The notes: a model not told the origin generated them from the sequence alone. A stretch of DNA of 32,000 bases from Desulfotalea psychrophila LSv54 (GCF_000025945.1 NC_006138.1:930001-962000), one strand, 5' to 3'; shown: positions 11,353 to 20,023, counted from the first letter of the stretch. Made by a program: numbers and translations.

Positions 11353-11680
11353 GCACAGAGCAATATTTCACCAAAAGAACAAATTGGCATCACGACCCTC
11401 GATCGAGTTTCCCGGGTTCGATGGTGGTCACCGGATCGTGGCTTGCCAGCCACACTGGCCAAAGGGGGAAGCGTTCCCCCCTTTGCACCCCATGCCGCCC
11501 CGGCCCAGTTGCCAATCCTCACTCTCGTTTCAGCTTTCGCTAAGGTTGCGAACGGGCTCCTAGACACCGCTGGCAGTTCTTCCTGACCTGCTCACCGCCA
11601 TCACTCCGTTCGGGCAACCGAGAGGGGGGAGGGGCCACCTCCATCCTCATACGGTCGTATGCAAAATGTTGAAATGACGA

Positions 11681-11819
11681 TGCTCAGCTCCGTGCCAATG
11701 GGGATCGCCCAAGCAAACATCGGTGCCATTTAATAAAATTGGGGGCTTCGCTCTCAGAGAAAAAAATGATACGAATACTAGTAAGATATAGCGAGCATTT
11801 AAGTCTTACTATGCACTAG
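11681..11819. repeat. Conserved block B, copy 1 (direct repeat of 12689-12826)
   Basis: TGCTCAGCTCCGTGCCAATGGGGATCGCCCAAGCAAACATCGGTGCCATTTAATAAAATTGGGGG...TACTATGCACTAG, ~95% identical in both copies. Confidence 0.92.
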
Positions 11820-11987
11820 TGCTCTGTAAAACTTTATCCACCGTATATTGTTTGCCCTTTTCTCGCGCTGACTTCGTTTCTCATTCGGTCACATAGCGCT
11901 GCTAGCATTCGTGCCTTGTAGCGCACCAAAATGGCTCAACAATATTTACGATATCTAAAGCTCTGCAAAGCAATGGAAGTAAGCTTG

Positions 11988-12325
11988 GAGCAAAGATGCC
12001 TGTTGTGGCCGAAAGAGAGTAGGGAAAATCGAGTAAGCGAGCAATATATGTATGGGCAAAGGCCAAAACATTGAGGGGACGGGTCATAAACAAACGGACA
12101 AAGCCCAAAAACTCGAGAAGTCGAGCAAGATACAGATGTATAAAGCCCGAAACTCCGAAGAAAGAGACAATATACAAATGTATAAAGCCTCAAACACCGA
12201 AGAAAGAGACAATATACATATGTAGACGACCTGAAAACTTGGGTAGTCGAGCAATGGATGTATAAAGCCTGAAAACCCCAGTAGTGGAGCAATGGATGTA
12301 GACAGGCCAAATACTTGAGAAGATG
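11988..12325. repeat. Degenerate tandem array: about seven to eight units of 38-51 bp
   Basis: Unit starts at about 11988 (divergent), 12039, 12083 (divergent), 12123, 12164, 12206, 12249, 12287. Approximate consensus GAGCAATATACATATGTATAAAGCCTGAAAACTTGAGTAGTC. Confidence 0.8.
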
Positions 12326-12501
12326 GCCTATCTGTGGCCAGGCATGGCCGCAAACGGTGAATCAGGCTTCGCTTTTGTAGGCAAAGAGCCTGTCTATGGG
12401 TGCTGAGAGGGAAGCAAGGAGGAGCAGCCTATTTAGCCCTGGTACAGGGTAAACCTTTGGGTAAAGTCGTTTCCTTTACCCGGGCATTATCCAGATGTTG
12501 A
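12287..12501. repeat. Conserved block A, copy 2
   Basis: ~215 bp direct repeat of 11131-11352. Copy 1 differs by an additional 7 bp (GGTTAAA) and scattered substitutions. Confidence 0.9.
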
Positions 12502-12688
12502 TTTCATTCATTTTCTTTTACTCAAATGCGAACCAGTAGTATGGCTTGATCATACGACGGTAGTATGGCTTACGACGAAAGAAAGGAGCCCTGCCACTAC
12601 GGCCTTCGGCGGTGCGCCTCAAGCCCCACGAGAGTTTGAGATGGCTACGCTCAAACAAGTTAAACTCCTTTATCGCAAATTTTTCCGG

Positions 12689-12826
12689 TGCTCAGCTCCG
12701 TGCCAATGGGGATCGCCCAAGCAAACATCGGTGCCATTTAATAAAATTGGGGGCCTCGCTCTCAGAGAAAAAATGAGACGAATACTCGTAAGATATAGCG
12801 AGCATTTAAGCCTTACTATGCACTAG
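12689..12826. repeat. Conserved block B, copy 2, overlapping the mutS stop codon
   Basis: 138 bp direct repeat of 11681-11819. Its CACTAG terminus contains the mutS stop (complement of CTA at 12823-12825). Confidence 0.9.
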
Positions 12827-15474
12827 ACGGTCATCTCCTTTAGGGCGTAGAGGGCATCAAGTGCCTGTCTGGGTGTCAGCTCGTCTAAATCCATTTCCCT
12901 GATCTTTGTCCGTATCTCGTCGGTCGGAGGGGCAAAGAGGGAGGGCTGGTGGGGCTTGTGCTCGCTCAGCTCCTTCTGAGGCTGCCCTCCTACCTTTTCT
13001 CCTGCTAGAAAATCTCCGGATTCAATGCTGTGCAGTATTTCATGGGCCCGTTCCACCACCTGGGCGGGGACGCCTGCCAGAGCCGCCACCTGAATACCAT
13101 AACTGCGGCTGGTACCACCCTTTATCAGCTTATGGAGGAAGATAACGCTCTTCTGCCACTCCCGTACAGCGATGGAGTAGTTCTGTATCCGTGCATATCT
13201 GCGGGCCAGATCGGTGAGCTCGTGGTAGTGGGTGGCGAACATGGTCTTGACTCCGATACCGTCTTTTTGCACCAGGTGTTCTGTTACAGCCCAGGCGATG
13301 GAGAGACCATCGTAGGTGGATGTACCCCGACCGATCTCATCGAGGATAACAAGACTGCGCGGGGTGGCATTGTTGAGAATATTGGCGGTTTCACTCATCT
13401 CCACCATAAAGGTGGATTGGCCCCTGCGTAGGTCATCCATTGCCCCGACCCGGGTAAATATTCGGTCAACAACCCCGATTCGGGCGGAATCTGCGGGTAC
13501 ATAGTAGCCCATCTGGGCCATGAGGACAATGAGGGCCGTTTGTCTCAGTACCGTGGATTTACCGGCCATATTCGGGCCGGTGATAACCAGAATTTCATTT
13601 TCAGCCTGATCAAGATAGACGTCGTTGGGGACGAACTTTCCTGCCGGTAGTGATCTCTCGATAACGGGGTGTCGTCCCTCTCGTATCTCCAGGCTGCCAT
13701 CGTCTCTGATCTCGGGTCGGTGATAGTTGTACTGCTGTGATACTTCGGCGGCCGAGGCATAAAAATCAAGAAGGGCCAACTGGTGAGCTGTGGCCAGAAA
13801 CCTGCTGGAATGGCTGGCAAGCTCATTTCGGACAGTGGCAAAGAGCTGATACTCCAGTTCTAGTCTGCGATCTTCGGCGCCCAGGACCTTGGTTTCAAAC
13901 TCCTTCAGTTCAGGGGTGATAAATCTCTCGGCATTGACCAGGGTCTGCTTACGAATATAGTGTTCCGGTACCCGAGAACTCTGGGCCCTGCTCACCTCGA
14001 TGAAATAGCCAAAGACCCTGTTGTAACTCACCTTGAGCTTGGCAATCCCCGTTCGTTCCCTCTCTTTGGCCTCCAGATCAAGAATGAGTTTCTTCCCATC
14101 CCGGAGGAGAACAATGATCTCATCAAGCTCGGCATTATAACCTTCCCGAATGAGGTTTCCCTCTCGTATATTTGTCGGTGGGTCTGGGTGGATGCTTTTA
14201 TCCAAGAGTTGGTGCAGGTCTTCCAGAGTATCAAGTGTCTGCTCGATCTCTATCAGCTCATCGGTATCGCATTTTCGTAGCTCTGTCAGCATTTCAGGCA
14301 GGCGGGCCAGAGACTGTTTCATGGCCAGCATATCGCGGCCATTGGCCGAGCCCAGGGTGATCCTGCTGTTGAGTCGTTCTATATCATAGACCTGATCGAG
14401 CAACTCTCTGATCTGGTGACGTGCCTCTGAGTTGTTAAAAAAATAGCCCACTGCGTTGAGGCGGCGGAGGATTCTTGCCCTGTCCTGAAGGGGAAAGAGG
14501 ATGGCCTGTTTGAGAAATCTGGCCCCCATGGGCGTTGTGGTCAGATCAAGGACGGAGAGCAGGGAACCGCTTCGGTTGCCACCGACAATTGTCTGGGTAA
14601 GTTCAAGGTTACGCCGCGAAGAGTCATCTATTTGCAGGATGGCATCGAGTTCCAGGCGGCTCAGCTTCTCTATATGGTGGATGGCAGATTTTTGGGTCTC
14701 CTCAATATAGTCGAGGAGTATGGCCGCGGCGATCTGTCCCTCGACAAGGGTCTCACATCCAAATCCATCCAGACTGATGACGGCGAAATGTTCAAGCAGC
14801 TTTTCATGCGATTGGTCAAAGTCAAAGAGGTGGTGGGGGCGCGGGGTTATACAGAGGCCGGGGATGAGGGTGGTGGCAAGATCGATGGTCTCGGCAAAGT
14901 CCTCTAGCTCCTCTTCTGAGACGAGCAGTTCTGTGGGGGTGAGGCGGGTCAGTTGGTCGAGGATATCTGCCTCACCATCGCTCCCGGCAAAATCGGCAAC
15001 GATGAACTCACCGGTGGTAATATCAAGAAAGGAGAGACCATAGCGGTTGTTTTTTCCCCTGCTAATGGCCGTGACAAAGTTATTGCTCTTGGCATCGAGG
15101 AGTTGATTGTCTGTGACCACTCCGGGAGTGACTATCTGCACCACCTCTCGTTTGACAATACCTTGGGCTGTACTGGGATCCTCCACCTGTTCACAGATTG
15201 CTACTCGCTTGCCCGCCTCTACCATCTTTGCCAGATATCCCTGCAGGGCATGGTAGGGGATTCCGCACATGGGTATTTGAGCACTGTCCGATTTCTTATT
15301 GCGGGAGGTGAGGGTGATACCAAGAATCTTGGAGGCGGTGATGGCGTCCTCAAAGAACATCTCGTAAAAATCTCCCATTCGGTAAAAGAGGATGGTATGG
15401 GGATGTTGTTCTTTGAGCTTAAAGTACTGCTGCATCATCGGGGTTATTTTTAATTTTGGCATAGTCTTAGGCAA
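12823..15474 (-). CDS. mutS: DNA mismatch repair protein MutS
   Basis: 883 aa; [32 protein letters not shown], Walker [31 protein letters not shown]. Confidence 0.99.
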   Translation of the reverse strand: MPKTMPKLKITPMMQQYFKLKEQHPHTILFYRMGDFYEMFFEDAITASKILGITLTSRNKKSDSAQIPMCGIPYHALQGYLAKMVEAGKRVAICEQVEDPSTAQGIVKREVVQIVTPGVVTDNQLLDAKSNNFVTAISRGKNNRYGLSFLDITTGEFIVADFAGSDGEADILDQLTRLTPTELLVSEEELEDFAETIDLATTLIPGLCITPRPHHLFDFDQSHEKLLEHFAVISLDGFGCETLVEGQIAAAILLDYIEETQKSAIHHIEKLSRLELDAILQIDDSSRRNLELTQTIVGGNRSGSLLSVLDLTTTPMGARFLKQAILFPLQDRARILRRLNAVGYFFNNSEARHQIRELLDQVYDIERLNSRITLGSANGRDMLAMKQSLARLPEMLTELRKCDTDELIEIEQTLDTLEDLHQLLDKSIHPDPPTNIREGNLIREGYNAELDEIIVLLRDGKKLILDLEAKERERTGIAKLKVSYNRVFGYFIEVSRAQSSRVPEHYIRKQTLVNAERFITPELKEFETKVLGAEDRRLELEYQLFATVRNELASHSSRFLATAHQLALLDFYASAAEVSQQYNYHRPEIRDDGSLEIREGRHPVIERSLPAGKFVPNDVYLDQAENEILVITGPNMAGKSTVLRQTALIVLMAQMGYYVPADSARIGVVDRIFTRVGAMDDLRRGQSTFMVEMSETANILNNATPRSLVILDEIGRGTSTYDGLSIAWAVTEHLVQKDGIGVKTMFATHYHELTDLARRYARIQNYSIAVREWQKSVIFLHKLIKGGTSRSYGIQVAALAGVPAQVVERAHEILHSIESGDFLAGEKVGGQPQKELSEHKPHQPSLFAPPTDEIRTKIREMDLDELTPRQALDALYALKEMTV

Positions 15475-15976
15475 TTTCTTGGGTTTGTTCTATTTTTTGA
15501 AATTCTGGTAGAAGGATATTAAATGTGTCTTCGATATGCTGGGGTATTGTCCTTACCTCGGCCAGGGTGGTCATAAAATTATGATCGCCCTGCCAACGGG
15601 GGATGATATGAAAGTGGAGATGATCGGCGATACCCGCTCCGGCACAGGCACCAATATTGCAGCCAATATTGAGCCCAGCAGGCGAGAAGAGCTGTTTGAT
15701 AATAGCGGCGGATCTTTTCACCATGAGCATAAGGGCATAACTCTCCCCATCGCTGAGTTCGGTGAGGCAGGCGATATGGCGTATGGGGGCAACAAGCAGA
15801 TGGCCGTTTGCGTAGGGGAAGCGATTGAGCAATACTATCACCTCGCTGTCCCGATAGAGAAGCAGGCTGTTTGGGTCATAGGGGCAGTTTTCGTCGGGCT
15901 CAAAGAGGCAGCCCCTGACCTTCGGCGCCTCTCCTAAAACGTGTTGCATGCGCCAGGGTGTCCAGAGAGTTTTCAT
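15467..15976 (-). CDS. HIT-family (histidine triad) hydrolase
   Basis: 169 aa; [19 protein letters not shown] and triad region [23 protein letters not shown]; short overlap with mutS. Confidence 0.93.
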   Translation of the reverse strand: MKTLWTPWRMQHVLGEAPKVRGCLFEPDENCPYDPNSLLLYRDSEVIVLLNRFPYANGHLLVAPIRHIACLTELSDGESYALMLMVKRSAAIIKQLFSPAGLNIGCNIGACAGAGIADHLHFHIIPRWQGDHNFMTTLAEVRTIPQHIEDTFNILLPEFQKIEQTQEIA

Positions 15977-16470
15977 GATCTTGGTAAGTCAAAAATTTTA
16001 GCTGTTATTCCCGTTTTCGAGGTGGTGGCAATGGCATAGGTGCCGGGAGCTCCATAGCGCCCCGTGCCCTTGAAGCTTCCGGGATTAATATAGAGGGTTG
16101 AGGCCACTCTGTGGCAGAGGGGATTATGGGTGTGACCATAGATAATGCAGTCTGCTTCGGGGTATTGGTCAAAGAGTCTCTCTTCAATATTATGGCGTGG
16201 CCCGTTTGCTCCATGGCAGAGGGCAAAGAGGAAACCGTCTACCACAAAGGTCTTCATCTCCGGCAGATCCGCTTTTGTTCTGGAATTGCAAACATTTCCA
16301 CAGACAGCGTGGACCTCTTTGCCTCTAAAGGCCTCCAGAATTGTCATGTCGGTGAGATCTCCTGCATGGACAATGATATCGCAGTCGGCAAAGGCTCTGG
16401 CCGTGTTGCGATTAAAGTCTGCCGTGGGGGCAGTGATATGGGTATCGGATAATATGCCAATTATTGTCAT
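15973..16470 (-). CDS. YfcE/MJ0936-type metallophosphoesterase
   Basis: 165 aa; IGILSDTHI, DIIVHAGDLTD, VCGNVCNSR, LCHGANG, IIYGHTHNPL, YINPGSF. Confidence 0.93.
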   Translation of the reverse strand: MTIIGILSDTHITAPTADFNRNTARAFADCDIIVHAGDLTDMTILEAFRGKEVHAVCGNVCNSRTKADLPEMKTFVVDGFLFALCHGANGPRHNIEERLFDQYPEADCIIYGHTHNPLCHRVASTLYINPGSFKGTGRYGAPGTYAIATTSKTGITAKIFDLPRS

Positions 16471-16547
16471 GCTCTTCCTTCTTTAACTTGTCCTTGGTTT
16501 TTCCAGCCTCTGCTTGCCTTCACTATAATACCCCTGACGGATAAAGA

Positions 16548-16586
16548 AATAGCGCAGAGGAGACTCTTGGTCTCTTTTGCGCTATT
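16548..16586 (-). terminator. Candidate terminator or structured intergenic hairpin downstream of the FMN enzyme gene
   Basis: AATAGCGCAGAGGAGAC-TCTTG-GTCTCTTTTGCGCTATT: continuous 17-bp stem including two G-T pairs, 5-nt loop. On the minus strand it is followed by TCTTTAT, a weak U-tract. Confidence 0.55.
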
Positions 16587-16612
16587 AATAAATGCCCTCT
16601 CTTTTTTAAACG

Positions 16613-17674
16613 CTATCTGCGAATGATGTTTGGCGAGACACTTGCGGCAGCTGCTGTTCCGGTGAGGGTCATGGCCTGTTTGAGTTCGGTACTCAGCTGG
16701 TCGATATACTTTTCTACACCTGCTTGCAGGCCACCGACGGCAGCGACAGAAAATGGTCTGCCGATCATTACCGCATCGGCCCCGAGGGCGAGCATTTTGA
16801 GGACATCTCCACCGGTACGGACTCCACCATCGACAAAGATGGTCATTCTGCCCTTAACCCGTTCTGCTATTTCAGGCAGTACCTCGGCGGTACCGGGGGT
16901 GTGATCCAGTACCCGACCGCCATGATCGGAGACGACAATGGCCTCGCAACCTGCCTCGAGGGCAAGTTCGGCCTCGTCCGCAGTCATTACTCCCTTGAGG
17001 ACGAATTTCATTCCCGTGCTCTTGATGATCTCAGCAAGCTTTGCCGGAGTCTTGGCAGAAACAGGTCGTCCCTGCAGGCGGAGGGTGATAAGACCGGCCG
17101 CATCAATGTCCATGCCGATGGCCAGGCAGCCGGTGGCCTTGGCCCCGGCGAGCTTTGCCAAGAGCTCTTCATCATCCCAGGGCTTTATAAATGGAATGGC
17201 CTCGCCGTCCGCAGCCTTGATAGCCGCAAAACCTTCCTGGTGGATGACCTCCGGTACCCCGTCGCCGGTACAGCCGATAATTGATTTTGCCCGGCAACCG
17301 TTGACAATTGCTCGAACATAATCTTTTTCTGAGATTGCTCCGCCCATATTATAGGAGATGCCGCCGATGGGGGCCGCAAGTACGGGCAGGGCCATTTTTC
17401 TGCCGAGTATGGTAACGCTGGTATCGGGCTCCACCACATCGTGGAGGAGGCGCATATTAAATTTTACCTCGGCCAGGGCTTCGAAATTACTCTTGAAAGA
17501 CGATCCTGTCCCCAGCCCGCCCATGCCCGGCACTTCACCTGCACATGCTCTACCATTACAGGCAGGGCATACCCGGCACTGTTTTCCCATGAGCTTTCTA
17601 GCCCTATCTCTGACTTCTTTCATTTTTTTTCCTCTGTATATGCTGCGGATAGGTGATGAACGAATAATTTCCAA
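16613..17674 (-). CDS. FMN-dependent alpha-hydroxy-acid oxidizing protein with N-terminal Cys cluster
   Basis: 353 aa ORF (likely ATG at 17623, MKEVRDRARKLMG). VVSDHGGRVLDHTPGTAEVLPEI, DGGVRTGGDVLKMLALGADAVMIGRP; N-terminal CRVCPACNGRACAGEVPG. Confidence 0.88.
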   Translation of the reverse strand: MEIIRSSPIRSIYRGKKMKEVRDRARKLMGKQCRVCPACNGRACAGEVPGMGGLGTGSSFKSNFEALAEVKFNMRLLHDVVEPDTSVTILGRKMALPVLAAPIGGISYNMGGAISEKDYVRAIVNGCRAKSIIGCTGDGVPEVIHQEGFAAIKAADGEAIPFIKPWDDEELLAKLAGAKATGCLAIGMDIDAAGLITLRLQGRPVSAKTPAKLAEIIKSTGMKFVLKGVMTADEAELALEAGCEAIVVSDHGGRVLDHTPGTAEVLPEIAERVKGRMTIFVDGGVRTGGDVLKMLALGADAVMIGRPFSVAAVGGLQAGVEKYIDQLSTELKQAMTLTGTAAAASVSPNIIRR

Positions 17675-17873
17675 TCTCTTAATTTTGGCAGAAAATCGGA
17701 TTTCTGTCTATCTGTTTATCGCCAGATCAGGCAAAATATAGCATTCATTTCCTTCTTAAGGCCTGAGCTGGCTCCGGAGCAGAGATCTTTTGTTTGAGCT
17801 TTAAGCCTTTTCTGGGTATGTTTTTGCCCTAAACTTGTTTTCACTGTTAATAATTACGCTAAGGGCTGTAGGA

Positions 17874-18251
17874 ATGACGAAAAAAGTACTCTTTTTTTTG
17901 CTTTTCCTGGGTTGTTCACTCACCGAGGGATATGCAATGGGAATAGATTATAGTGTGGAGGAGGCTCATGCCCTTATTGGTGATGATGCCATTGTTTGGC
18001 TGGATATCAGGGAGAAGGGTGAACTTGTGTCCCTGCCCAAACTTGACGTTGCCCGGCATCTGCCCCTCTCTCATTTTAAGGCAGGATTTGCTCGCTTAAA
18101 TATTGACAGGGAGACAAGGATCTTTCTCATCTGTCGGTCTGGAAATCGCTCAAAGCGCCTGCAGAAAACCCTGTTGAAAGAGGGGTATATCAACACGGTA
18201 AATATTCTTGGTGGCATGCGTGCCTGGCGGAAAAAATATCCCCGGAACTAG
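17874..18251 (+). CDS. Rhodanese-like domain protein, probable signal peptide or lipoprotein-like N-terminus
   Basis: ORF 17835-18251; likely ATG 17874 (MTKKVLFFLLFLGCSLTEG). Rhodanese features WLDIREKGEL, HLPLSHF, IFLICRSGNRSKR, GGMRAWRK. Confidence 0.85.
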   Translation: MTKKVLFFLLFLGCSLTEGYAMGIDYSVEEAHALIGDDAIVWLDIREKGELVSLPKLDVARHLPLSHFKAGFARLNIDRETRIFLICRSGNRSKRLQKTLLKEGYINTVNILGGMRAWRKKYPRN

Positions 18252-18374
18252 GCTGAAAGCTACCATCCTTGCTTGCGATGATGCTCTTTAGCAGGTATAT
18301 TGGCTTGTTTAAGGTAAGAAACTCTACGTTGCTGCGTGCAATGTTAATAGATACAGCAAAAATGGAGAATAAAG

Positions 18375-18938
18375 ATGTTAAGTGCTTCTGATTTACGTAA
18401 AGGCCTGAAATTAGATATTGAAGGCAGCCCATATATTATCATTGATTTTGATTTCTCAAAACCAGGTAAGGGCCAGGCCCTTTATCGCTGCAAGATGCGT
18501 AATATGATTACGGGTAATCAACTGGTTAAGACCTATCGTTCCAGTGATAAGTTTGAAAAGGCCTCCCTTGAAGAGCGTAAGATGCAGTTTCTTTACAGCC
18601 AGGGAGAGGAGTACCACTTCATGGATAATGAGAATTATGATCAGCTCTTTATAACCAAAGATATGTTGGGCGATAATATTTACTTCCTTCAGGATAACAT
18701 GGATGTAGATGTACTCTTCTTTGATGAGAAACCTATAGATATTACCCTGCCTATCTTTGTTAATCTTGAGGTAACCCGGGCTGACCCATGGGTTAAGGGA
18801 GATACCTCTGGTACCGATACCAAGCCTATTACCGTTGAAACAGGATATCAGCTTCAGGTTCCCCCCTTTGTTGAGCAGGGCGATAAGATCCAGATTGATA
18901 CCCGTACCGGTCAGTATGTAACTCGAGTAAAGCAATAA
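18375..18938 (+). CDS. efp: Elongation factor P
   Basis: 187 aa; MLSASDLRKGLKLDIEGSPYIIIDFDFSKPGKGQALYRCKMRNM; C-term DKIQIDTRTGQYVTRVKQ. Confidence 0.97.
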   Translation: MLSASDLRKGLKLDIEGSPYIIIDFDFSKPGKGQALYRCKMRNMITGNQLVKTYRSSDKFEKASLEERKMQFLYSQGEEYHFMDNENYDQLFITKDMLGDNIYFLQDNMDVDVLFFDEKPIDITLPIFVNLEVTRADPWVKGDTSGTDTKPITVETGYQLQVPPFVEQGDKIQIDTRTGQYVTRVKQ

Positions 18939-18942
18939 GACT

Positions 18943-19845
18943 ATGTTGGTAAACGCAGGTTTGCATACTCGTGCGGCCTTTCTGCAAGCTATTCGTGCCT
19001 TCTTTTATGAGCAGGGGTTTCTGGAAGTGGATACCCCTGTTCGTTCTCCTGTACTGATTCCGGAAAGTACCATCGAACCTATCTCCTGCGGCGACTTTTT
19101 TTTACAGACTTCTCCTGAGTTGTATATGAAGCGCATACTTGCCGCTGGTAATGAGAAGATCTTTCAGATATGCCCCTGTTTTCGCAAAGGGGAACGAGGT
19201 CGTCTGCATGCAGAAGAGTTTACCATGCTGGAGTGGTATCGGCTGGATGAGGACTATCACGCCCTGATGGCGGATTGTCAGCAGCTCGTTAGCTACCTGG
19301 CAGAGGCCCTGCAGGCTCATACCTCTGAGCTGGGGCGGATAGACCGTGCCTATCTTAACGGCTCATGGCAGAGGCTTACCGTGGCCGAGGCCTTTGCCCT
19401 CTGGAGTCCCATAGAGCTGAAGCAGGCCATGGCCGATGATATCTTTGAGGAGATGCTGGTGGAGTATATTGAGCCTCGTTTGGGGATCGACTCGCCCACA
19501 TTTCTCTATGACTACCCTGCCTCCATGGCCTCTCTGGCCCGTCTTTCCGCAAGCAATAGCGAGGTGGCCGAGCGCTTTGAGCTCTATATGCACGGTATTG
19601 AACTTGCCAACGGATTTTCTGAGTTGACCGATGAGGTGGAGCAGGAGATGCGTTTTAAAGAGGAGCTTGCCGCAATAAAACGAGAAGGTCGCTGGCAGGC
19701 GACCCTTCCCGTAAAATTTTTGCAGGAGCTGGCAGGTCTTGATAAGGCAACGGGCATAGCCCTGGGGCTTGATCGTCTTCTTATGCTCTTTCTGGGCAAG
19801 GAGAGTATCGCCGAGGTGGTCAGCTTTGCCGAGGTGGACTTCTAG
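18943..19845 (+). CDS. epmA: EF-P lysyltransferase EpmA (PoxA/GenX), class II LysRS-like
   Basis: 300 aa; FLEVDTPVRSPVLIPE, LQTSPELYMKRILAAGNEKIFQICPCFRKGERGRLHAEEFTMLEWYR, GIALGLDRLLMLFL. No anticodon-binding domain; 5 nt from efp. Confidence 0.95.
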   Translation: MLVNAGLHTRAAFLQAIRAFFYEQGFLEVDTPVRSPVLIPESTIEPISCGDFFLQTSPELYMKRILAAGNEKIFQICPCFRKGERGRLHAEEFTMLEWYRLDEDYHALMADCQQLVSYLAEALQAHTSELGRIDRAYLNGSWQRLTVAEAFALWSPIELKQAMADDIFEEMLVEYIEPRLGIDSPTFLYDYPASMASLARLSASNSEVAERFELYMHGIELANGFSELTDEVEQEMRFKEELAAIKREGRWQATLPVKFLQELAGLDKATGIALGLDRLLMLFLGKESIAEVVSFAEVDF

Positions 19846-20023
19846 GGGCCTGTTGGAAAACATGAACATCTTGCATCTCAGCTTCAGGCCATCTATGACT
19901 GCTTCTCAATCGCAAAATCCTCGATGTAGCCCTGCTACGTCTGCGGTTTTGTTCAATCGGCGCAGCCAAATCTAACCCAAATCTGAGCACAACTCTGCCC
20001 ATATTATTTTGTGACAGACCCTA
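19843..20023. repeat. Imperfect palindromic, MITE-like intergenic element between convergent genes
   Basis: Left end TAGGGGCCTGTTGGAAAA versus reverse complement of the right end TAGGGTCTGTCACAAAA; internal hairpin CAAAATCCTCGATGTAGC-CCT-GCTACGTCTGCGGTTTTG (19913-19951). Confidence 0.55.

Noticed and set aside
11375-11420. tRNA T-arm-like GGGTTCGA motif in CCCGGGTTCGATGGTGG
   Set aside because: No matching acceptor, D-arm or anticodon stems could be folded around it.
11277-11567. ORF on the minus strand (MSRSPFATLAKAETRVRIGNWAGAAWGAKGGTL...) and the opposite plus ORF 11333-11563
   Set aside because: It spans the junction between block A and the variable interior, both strands are open because of GC-rich composition, and no domain is recognizable. 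A small real gene cannot be excluded without a database search.
11335-11845. DnaA-box-like sequences (TTATCCAGA at about 11339, TTATCCACC near 11836)
   Set aside because: Only single near-matches without clustering or an adjacent dnaA; the TTATCCAGA copies are explained as part of the duplicated block A.
11988-12325. Possible CRISPR array in the repetitive region upstream of mutS
   Set aside because: Units are contiguous and degenerate over their whole length. There are no near-identical 24-37-bp repeats separated by unique spacers, and no cas genes nearby.
11902-12353. Overlapping minus-strand ORFs 11902-12177, 11936-12310 and 12084-12353 (periodic YICILSLSSVFEALY-type peptides)
   Set aside because: They are translations of the ~42-bp tandem repeat in different frames, with no recognizable domain or start context; better explained as noncoding repeats.
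10850-12826. Retron, DGR or integron interpretation of the modular repeats
   Set aside because: No reverse transcriptase or integrase ORF is present in the window, and I could not identify attC-like R/L boxes; only the general cassette-like architecture is suggestive.
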